64,000 bases of DNA, from NCBI GenBank assembly GCA_965228855.1, contig CBDDIJ010000002.1:576001-640000 (forward strand). The letters run 5' to 3'. The position numbers and the translations under genes are program-made. This document shows positions 57,304 through 64,000 of this stretch, in pieces. Within the stretch, counting starts at the first letter, position 1, and every line of letters starts with the position of its first letter. The notes beneath the pieces were generated by a model. The model had not been told where the DNA came from, made no database searches, and saw only the letters and a list, made by a program, of their open reading frames with translations. This stretch comes from Candidatus Obscuribacterales bacterium (GTDB lineage: Bacteria > Cyanobacteriota > Vampirovibrionia > Obscuribacterales > Obscuribacteraceae).

Positions 57304-58020
57304 ATGGATGCAGTCCTTGCAAACTCGCTCTCGGCTGACTTGTTCGCCTGGGCGAGGAATCTTTTTTCAACCATCGATTTCGACCTGATCAGCACGTACA
57401 TGCCCAAGATCGTAATCGCCGTTTTCCTCGGCGGTTTGCTTGGCTGGGAACGGCGCGTCAGGGGCAAGCAAGCCGGCATCCGCACCCACATGGTGCTGTC
57501 CGCCACGGCGTGCCTGGTTGCCGTTTGCGGCGTCTACCTCTTCGACATCTCGAAGTCTGGTGACCCCGCTCGTCTCGCGCATGGCGTTCTCGCCGGCGTG
57601 GGATTCGTGGGAGCGGGTGTGATCTTCAAGCGCGGGGTCAACACCTCGGGTTTGACCACCTCCGCCACGATTCTGTTCTCGGTCGGTGTCGGCATCGCGT
57701 GCGGTCTGGGGCTGTCGCTTGTCGCTACGGCGACGGTGCTGCTCACAATCCTCTCGCTGGGCATCAGCTATCGGCTGTTTCCCTCTTTCGATTACGGCGG
57801 CAACTTGCTGCGGGTGGTCTGCCCGATCAGCAAGTTCACCGAGATTCGCAAGCTGTTTGGCCCCAAGGCCCACGCGGCTCGCGTCAACAAGACGGGACAA
57901 CTGATCGAGGCGCACATCCACACGTCGCTCTCGCATCAGGAGCTGGACAAGCTCATCGCGTCGCTGATTCACAACGACGACATCGTCGCGATCGAAGTAC
58001 TCGACCGCACGGTCGACTAG
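57304..58020 (+). CDS. MgtC/SapB family membrane protein
   Basis: LGWER..AGIRTH..DPARLA..GVGFVGAGVI..GLTTSA. Confidence 0.9.
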   Translation: MDAVLANSLSADLFAWARNLFSTIDFDLISTYMPKIVIAVFLGGLLGWERRVRGKQAGIRTHMVLSATACLVAVCGVYLFDISKSGDPARLAHGVLAGVGFVGAGVIFKRGVNTSGLTTSATILFSVGVGIACGLGLSLVATATVLLTILSLGISYRLFPSFDYGGNLLRVVCPISKFTEIRKLFGPKAHAARVNKTGQLIEAHIHTSLSHQELDKLIASLIHNDDIVAIEVLDRTVD

Positions 58021-58138
58021 GTATTCGTCAGCCGGCGCACGCTGTTTTGCACGAGCGCTGGCGTCTCACCATTCCCATAACCGTAGTCGAAGGCGGCGAC
58101 ATCCTCGAAGTCGCCCTCGGCGTTTTTACGGAGATATC

Positions 58139-59050
58139 ATGTCGTCTCACGACATCGCAATCGTCTTCAACCCCAAAGGAGGTTCGGCAAGCGCCGGCCC
58201 CGTCAACAAGCTGGTCTCGCTTCTGGAAGCGCGCGGCTGCAAGGTCGAAAAACTGAGCACCACGCCCGAACCGGGATCGGCAACAAAGCTCGCTCGCAGT
58301 GCTGCTTCGAGTGGGGCGAAATTGGTCATCGCCTTCGGCGGTGATGGGACGATCTGCCAGGTGGCAGAAGGCCTGATTGGCACGGATGCAGCCATGGCAG
58401 CCTATCAAGGCGGCACCGGCAACCTCTTCGCGCGCACCTACAACTCGAAGCTCAGCCCTGAGCTGTTCGTCGAGATGGTGCTCGAAGGGACGCCTCAGCC
58501 GGTGGACATGATCAAGCTCGATTACGTGGACATCCACGGCGTCGCGCATGACCGGCTGTTCATGACCTGTTTCGGAATCGGCCCGCTGTCCGACTCCATT
58601 CTGGTCAGCCAGAACGTCAAACGCATCTTCGGCAAACTCGCCTATGTGTTCGGCGTGGCGAAGGCGAGCTTCATGCTCAAACCGATTCGCTGCTCGCTGG
58701 TCACCGAAGACCAGGGCAGGAAGCGCTCCATGGACGCGGCAATCGTCGCCGTCGCGAACGTGCTTCCGCCCAATATGACGCTCATCAGCCGCGGATGCAA
58801 CGCCTCCGACGGATTGATGGACACGACTTACGTGACAGCCCGCAACTTCTTCGACCTGCTTCCTCTTGCAGGATGGCTGCCACTGGGCTCGCCGGAGCGC
58901 TCGCCGCACTACGGGCGGTTGCGCACAGCCAGTCTCAAGATCAAGACCGAAACGCCGGTCATCCCGAACATCGATGGTGACGCCAGCCCCGCCACGACGG
59001 AGCTGTCACTGAAGGTGGTACCGGGTGCGGTGCGAATGGTTTTGATCTAG
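58139..59050 (+). CDS. diacylglycerol/lipid kinase family protein
   Basis: NPKGG, GGDGT, GTGNLFAR and IDGD. Confidence 0.9.
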   Translation: MSSHDIAIVFNPKGGSASAGPVNKLVSLLEARGCKVEKLSTTPEPGSATKLARSAASSGAKLVIAFGGDGTICQVAEGLIGTDAAMAAYQGGTGNLFARTYNSKLSPELFVEMVLEGTPQPVDMIKLDYVDIHGVAHDRLFMTCFGIGPLSDSILVSQNVKRIFGKLAYVFGVAKASFMLKPIRCSLVTEDQGRKRSMDAAIVAVANVLPPNMTLISRGCNASDGLMDTTYVTARNFFDLLPLAGWLPLGSPERSPHYGRLRTASLKIKTETPVIPNIDGDASPATTELSLKVVPGAVRMVLI

Positions 59051-59189
59051 TCCCAAAATTCAATGCAAACTGGAGCCGTCGAAGAGAGTGGCAACACGCG
59101 TCTGCGGATGGCTGAGGAGCCCTCCCGCGTGCACTCGAATCTCGGTTCTAAAATTCAACACGCAGTTCCAAACAGGAGCTACAGAGAAC

Positions 59190-60071
59190 ATGTCTCAATT
59201 CTCAATCGTCTACGGTCTCGCCGCTCTCGCCGTCATCTTCGTAGCCTGGCGCGCGGTATTCTGGTACCGCGAAGGTCAGAAGCTGCAGAAGGACGGCTAT
59301 CTGCCGCCGCACCCGACCTTCTTCGGTCAGTGGCTGCTGCGGCTCATCTCCAAGATCATGACGCGCCTGTTCGTCGGTCCGGTGAAGGTCATCGGCCGCG
59401 AGAACGCTACGGCGTTCAAGGGTCGCATCCACATCCTGCCGAACCACCAGTTTCCGCTGGACTTCATGGTGGTCGGCAAATCGCTGCCGTATGGCTTCCG
59501 TCACCTCGGCACCGCCGGGCAGATGGCGGGCGGCTTCCGCGGCACGCTCGCAGCGTTCGCCGGTTTCTTCGCCGTGAAAACGGAAGCCGGCAAGGCGACC
59601 GAAAAGGGCGGCGGCGAGAAGGCAGTGCATTCCATGGCACTCGCCCTGGCTCGCCACAAGAAGAGCCGCGTCCTGACGTTCGCGCAGGGCAAGCTGGTCG
59701 GCGACAACGTGCTCCGTCCGGAGGAATTCCGCACGGGCGTAATCCGCGCCAACCAGGCGGCAATCCAGGAGCATGGCGTGTCGCCGGATGACCTTGCGGT
59801 CCTGCCGATGGCCATTCACTACATGCGCGACCCGCGGCAGGCGACCTGGATGCACCGGCTGATCGTCAAGATCGGCTGGCGCTCGTTCCGCACGTTCCGC
59901 ATGTTCGGCGAAACCACCCGCAACTACGGCGCCGTCGTCGCGATCGGCAAGCCGATCAAGATGTCGCAGCTGCCGGCTGACCCGCGCGAGGCAATCGAGG
60001 TGGTGCGCCGCGCCATCGAAGGCCAGCTCACCGAAGCACGGGTCTGGGCGAACACGCGCATCGAGGGCTAA
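59190..60071 (+). CDS. lysophospholipid acyltransferase family protein
   Basis: N-terminal TM; NHQFPLD (HX4D); FAQG in place of FPEG. Confidence 0.75.
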   Translation: MSQFSIVYGLAALAVIFVAWRAVFWYREGQKLQKDGYLPPHPTFFGQWLLRLISKIMTRLFVGPVKVIGRENATAFKGRIHILPNHQFPLDFMVVGKSLPYGFRHLGTAGQMAGGFRGTLAAFAGFFAVKTEAGKATEKGGGEKAVHSMALALARHKKSRVLTFAQGKLVGDNVLRPEEFRTGVIRANQAAIQEHGVSPDDLAVLPMAIHYMRDPRQATWMHRLIVKIGWRSFRTFRMFGETTRNYGAVVAIGKPIKMSQLPADPREAIEVVRRAIEGQLTEARVWANTRIEG

Positions 60072-60117
60072 CCGCTCCAAACTGGCTGAGTTAAGCAGCC
60101 GGATAGTTTTTCGAGTA

Positions 60118-60160
60118 CCGCACCACCGACGCTCAGTATCGCCGGTGGTGCGGGGTTCTT
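60118..60160 (+). terminator. hairpin/terminator
   Basis: ccgcaccaccg..cggtggtgcgg. Confidence 0.5.
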
Positions 60161-60302
60161 AGTGTTTCGCACGGAGTCTGAACACTCTGCAAAGAAACCA
60201 CGCTGGACGCCGCGAGCCAGGCGACGAGACTGTTCAAACGGTTTCGCCGCCCTCGCGTCTGCCATAACAGAAGTCACCTTGAAGGTGACGTCAGGATGTC
60301 TC

Positions 60303-61154
60303 ATGTCACTTGAACAAATTCCGGCGATCGCATGGCTGCTTCTCGCAGCCATCGCCGTTTTCTCAGTCTGGCGACTCAGCCCCGTTCGTCAACGGGTTCG
60401 CCAGTACATCGATAAGGTGCAGACCTGCGGCTACCTCGCCCCTCCGCCCACACCACATGCGGTGCGGCGCTTGAGGAGAATGGCGAAAGCTCTGATCTTC
60501 ATCCAGGTCGGCAAAATCAAGGTCATCGGGCGCGAGAATCTCGAAAGCGCACCCGGTCCGATCGTCGTCACGCCCAACCATCCGCACTGGGCTGACACCG
60601 CTGCTCTCCCGATTCTGATGAACGGTCCGGCTCGCTACATGGCGGCACGGGGCGTCTTCACATTCGCAGGCGGGCTGGGCGGTCTCCTCGTCGGTCCGGT
60701 GGGCGCTTTCTGTGCCGACCTGACCAGGGGCAAAGGTGGTCCGGCCAAGGACGCCGCTGTCCAGGTGTTGACCTCCGGTCAGCGCCTGGTCATGTTCCCC
60801 GAAGGTTGGGCGTACCTCGACGGTAAGCTCGGTCCGTTCAAAAAGGGCGCCATTCGCATCGCGCGAGAGGCTTCCGAACGACTCCAGAAGCCGACCTACG
60901 TCGTCCCCGTCAATCTGCGTTACGGCAAGTATCCGGGCACCTGGATCACGAAACTGCCGCCGCCGATCGAGTATTTCCTCGTGTTCATGCTGTTCTTCCT
61001 CTTCCGCCGCGGACTGACCATGGTGGTCGGGAAACCGGTCGCCATCGACCAGTTTTCTAGCGATGACGCGGAGGCGACCGAGCAGCTGAAGAAGATGATC
61101 GTCGCTCTAGACCCTGCTCCGGAGAAGGTTGCGTACCAAGTCGGAAGCCACTGA
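60303..61154 (+). CDS. lysophospholipid acyltransferase (PlsC-like)
   Basis: NHPHWAD, FPEG and FKKG. Confidence 0.85.
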   Translation: MSLEQIPAIAWLLLAAIAVFSVWRLSPVRQRVRQYIDKVQTCGYLAPPPTPHAVRRLRRMAKALIFIQVGKIKVIGRENLESAPGPIVVTPNHPHWADTAALPILMNGPARYMAARGVFTFAGGLGGLLVGPVGAFCADLTRGKGGPAKDAAVQVLTSGQRLVMFPEGWAYLDGKLGPFKKGAIRIAREASERLQKPTYVVPVNLRYGKYPGTWITKLPPPIEYFLVFMLFFLFRRGLTMVVGKPVAIDQFSSDDAEATEQLKKMIVALDPAPEKVAYQVGSH

Positions 61155-61231
61155 GCTTCTGCGGCGAAGCGATTCGCGTACGTTAAACTATCCAAGACAG
61201 CTCGCTGGCAAACGAGTTACTCTTAGAGCAT

Positions 61232-61259
61232 AGAGGCTGTCGCTGTCGCGACAGCCTCT
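61232..61259. terminator. hairpin
   Basis: agaggctgtcgc-tgtc-gcgacagcctct. Confidence 0.5.
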
Positions 61260-61381
61260 CCGTTTACGCCGTCAACACTGTGCGTCTTTCTGCAAATCTC
61301 ACAGCAACCGAGATCGGTTTAACCGGCTCTGGTTGCGCATTCAAAACGACTCTCATGAGTCTGACCGAAAGGATAACTCAG

Positions 61382-63178
61382 ATGACTACTCTTCCGAAAC
61401 GTTCCGAGGTTCCCGTCTCCCGCACGTGGGACCTGACTCTGATCTACGCGACCGAGGCCGACTGGGAGAAGGATTTCGCCTTCGTCGAGTCCCAGATTCC
61501 CGTCCTCGCCGCCTACAAGGGCCGTCTGCGCCGCTCCGGCAAGACGCTGCTCGAATTCAACAAGCTCAACGAGGCCGCTTCGCAGATCCTGGGCAAGCTG
61601 TCGGTCTACGCGCACCTGCACGGTGACGCCGATACCGCCAACGGCCATTACCAGACCATGAACGGCCGCGTCTCCGACCTGGGCAGCAAGTTCGGCGCCG
61701 CCCTCTCCTGGGTGAGCGTGGAGCTGCTCTCCATCAAGCCGGAGCGCCTCGAGCAGTTTATCGCCAAGGTGCCCGAGCTCGCCGTCTATCGCCGCGACTT
61801 CGCCGAGATGAACCGCGAACGCGCCCACTACCGCTCGGCCGAGGTCGAAGCGCTGCTCGTCGAGGCCGGCAAGGCCATCGGCGGCTCGCGTGCGGTGTTC
61901 GGCATGTTCAACAACGCCGACCTGAAGCTGCCGGAAGTCGAAGACGAGACCGGCGCCAAGGTCCGCATCACCGGCGGCAACTGGGGCAGCAAGTGGCTGG
62001 ACAACCCCAACCGCGACGTCCGCAAGCGCGCCTACGATGCCATGTTCGGCACCTGGATGGGCTGGCGCAACACGATCGCCGCCAACTACGCCGCCAACGT
62101 GAAGGCCGACGTCTTCCGCGCCAAGGCGCGCAACTACCCGAGCTGCCGCAACATGGCGCTCGACGGCATCGACGTGCCGGAGTCGGTCTACGACTCGCTG
62201 GTCAGCACCGTGCATGCCAACCTGCCGCTGCTGCACCGCTACCTGAAGCTTCGCGAGAAGCTGCTGGGCGTGGACAAGCTGGCCTGGTACGACATGTACG
62301 TCCCGCTCGTGGGCGAGCTCGACTACAAGATCGGCTACGACGACGCCGTCAAGGAAGTCCTCGAGTCCGTGAAGGTCTACGGCGACGAATACCACGGCGC
62401 TCTCGCCAACGGTTTCGCCTCCCGCTGGGTCGACGTGGTCGAGAACGAAGGCAAGCGATCGGGCGCCTACAGCTCCGGCACGTACGGCACCGCGCCCTAC
62501 ATGCTGATGAACTGGCAGGACTCGATGGACTCGATGTTCACGCTGGCGCACGAAGCCGGCCACTCGATGCACTCGTGGCACTCGCGCAAGTACCAGCCGT
62601 ACACCTACAGCGGCTACACGCTGTTCGTCGCGGAAGTGGCGTCGACGCTCAACGAGGCGCTGCTCGCGCATCACCTCCTGAGCAAGACCGACGACAAGGT
62701 CATGCGCCGCTACATCCTGAACAAGCAGCTCGAGGGCATCCGTTCGACGCTCGTGCGTCAGACGATGTTCGCCGAATTCGAGTCGATCGCGCACGCGACC
62801 GCCGAAGCCGGCCAGCCGCTCACCGCGGACGTGCTGTGCGGCATCCACAAGGGGCTCAACGAGAAGTACTACGGTGCGGTCATCGACGTCGACGACAAGA
62901 TCGGCATCGAGTGGGCGCGCATCCCGCACTTCTACAACAGCTTCTACGTGTACCAATACGCGACCGGCATCAGCGCCGCGATGACCCTGGCTCGCCAGAT
63001 CATCACGGAAGGTCAGCCGGCCGTGGAGCGCACCCTGGGCTTCCTCAAGGGCGGCAGCTCCAAGTCGAGCATCGACCTGCTCAAGGGCGCCGGCGTGGAC
63101 CTCACGACCCCTGCCCCGATCCAGGCCGCGTTCGATCAGTTCGAGGACTACCTCAAGCAGTTCGAAGCGCTGAGCTAA
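61382..63178 (+). CDS. pepF: oligoendopeptidase F (M3B)
   Basis: TWDL, GKRSGAYS, HEAGHSMH, AEVAST and IPHFY..FYVYQYATG. Confidence 0.95.
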   Translation: MTTLPKRSEVPVSRTWDLTLIYATEADWEKDFAFVESQIPVLAAYKGRLRRSGKTLLEFNKLNEAASQILGKLSVYAHLHGDADTANGHYQTMNGRVSDLGSKFGAALSWVSVELLSIKPERLEQFIAKVPELAVYRRDFAEMNRERAHYRSAEVEALLVEAGKAIGGSRAVFGMFNNADLKLPEVEDETGAKVRITGGNWGSKWLDNPNRDVRKRAYDAMFGTWMGWRNTIAANYAANVKADVFRAKARNYPSCRNMALDGIDVPESVYDSLVSTVHANLPLLHRYLKLREKLLGVDKLAWYDMYVPLVGELDYKIGYDDAVKEVLESVKVYGDEYHGALANGFASRWVDVVENEGKRSGAYSSGTYGTAPYMLMNWQDSMDSMFTLAHEAGHSMHSWHSRKYQPYTYSGYTLFVAEVASTLNEALLAHHLLSKTDDKVMRRYILNKQLEGIRSTLVRQTMFAEFESIAHATAEAGQPLTADVLCGIHKGLNEKYYGAVIDVDDKIGIEWARIPHFYNSFYVYQYATGISAAMTLARQIITEGQPAVERTLGFLKGGSSKSSIDLLKGAGVDLTTPAPIQAAFDQFEDYLKQFEALS

Positions 63179-63248
63179 ACGGCTGATTGCGTTGGCGCCT
63201 TGTCTCAGACGGGCGGCGAGTCGCAATTAGCTGGTGTGTTTTCCGTGG

Positions 63249-63278
63249 TGGTGCGGCGGATGAAAATCCGTCGCACCA
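63249..63278. terminator. hairpin after pepF
   Basis: tggtgcggcggat-gaaa-atccgtcgcacca. Confidence 0.5.
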
Positions 63279-63379
63279 TCTGTGACACCACGCCGCTGCT
63301 TCAAGCAATCGGTGTTAAACGAAACGCAGCTGGACTTGCGGCTCACAGAGCGCTAGTCCGAACATAGGGAAAAACATAA

Positions 63380-63652
63380 ATGGCGCGCTTCATCGGTGCA
63401 CTCTTCATGGGTGCATGGGGCATCATCGCGGGCGGGTTCTTCGCCGGCATGTTTGTCATGGCAGGGCATCCGACCCAGGTGGCAGACCACCTCATGTGGG
63501 GTGCTTACGCCCTCTTCTTCTCGACGATGTGTCTCGTCGGGATGGGTCGTTTCATCGGTGACTTCAACTTCGGGAAGGTCCTCGCGATCATCTCGGCGGT
63601 CGTCATCGCGCTCATCTACAGCCTTCGCGTCCTCGGCGTCATGCCAGTCTAG
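63380..63652 (+). CDS. small membrane protein
   Basis: 90 aa with three hydrophobic segments. Confidence 0.6.
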   Translation: MARFIGALFMGAWGIIAGGFFAGMFVMAGHPTQVADHLMWGAYALFFSTMCLVGMGRFIGDFNFGKVLAIISAVVIALIYSLRVLGVMPV

Positions 63653-63833
63653 GCGTCCGAGTCCGTCCGACGACGCTCCGAAGTTCGGAGTGAAATCTGA
63701 AGCGTAAGCTGCAGCGCGGTATGTTTCGCGCCAAGCGGCTTGCGCAATCTTTGTGGTCGGCAGTGAAAACCTGCCCTGAGCGCCGTAACTTCGCGGCGCT
63801 TGATCTGAACTCGGCTATTTGAGGCACAGAAGG

Positions 63834-64000
63834 ATGAGTCAACAAGATAGTCCGGACAAAGTCAGCGCTGCGCAAACCCGCTTCCCGGGCGCGATGCCGG
63901 CGCTGATTCTGCTCCTCTCCATCAACATTTTCAACTACGTCGACAGGCAGATTCTGTCGGCAGTTGTCCCGATGCTCCGCACCGAGTTTTTCGGTCCGGA
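63834..64000 (+). CDS. MFS transporter (spinster-like), 5' part truncated by window end
   Basis: MSQQDSPDK..LILLLSINIFNYVDRQILSAVVPMLR (NYxDR motif). Confidence 0.75.
   Translation, partial: MSQQDSPDKVSAAQTRFPGAMPALILLLSINIFNYVDRQILSAVVPMLRTEFFGP

Noticed and set aside
58028..60080. Long minus-strand ORFs opposite the DAGK and acyltransferase genes
   Set aside because: Antisense shadows with no recognisable motifs.
61319..63226. 635-aa antisense ORF and 397-aa alternate-frame ORF over pepF
   Set aside because: Shadow ORFs caused by high GC3; pepF has all the family motifs.

Overview
Bacterial genomic window. The GatB and HU sequences look cyanobacteria-related, so the host may be a non-photosynthetic Melainabacteria/Vampirovibrionia lineage (inference). 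The left ~26 kb is an accessory region. It holds a RecD/Dda-like helicase and a TPR gene between two copies of a duplicated gene, then an NSR-like S41 peptidase, lanB, lanC, a large transglutaminase-like/Rhs protein, a 48-aa single-YD-repeat ORF missed by the ORF track, a RelBE-type TA pair and a TIR/NDT-like + P-loop ATPase. The main observation concerns the Rhs C-terminal 'toxin' slot. After the DPLG autocleavage motif it holds a 75-aa peptide with class I lanthipeptide precursor hallmarks: FDLD at -18..-15, Pro at -2, and a Ser/Thr/Cys core starting ITT. It is followed by a hairpin and then lanC-lanB, and no free-standing lanA, lanT or lanP is evident. This suggests an Rhs-encapsulated lanthipeptide system. 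The rest of the window is mostly core or lineage-specific genes: CAP proteins, Fpg/Nei, HEPN-MNT TA, an MqnB-like nucleosidase, mlaEFD, NlpC/P60-like proteins, gatB, M23 peptidase, TPR, a large beta-helical adhesin-like protein, a PQQ-repeat protein and HU. It ends in a GC-rich block with mgtC, DAGK, two acyltransferases, pepF and a partial MFS gene. No rRNA, tRNA or CRISPR array was recognised.
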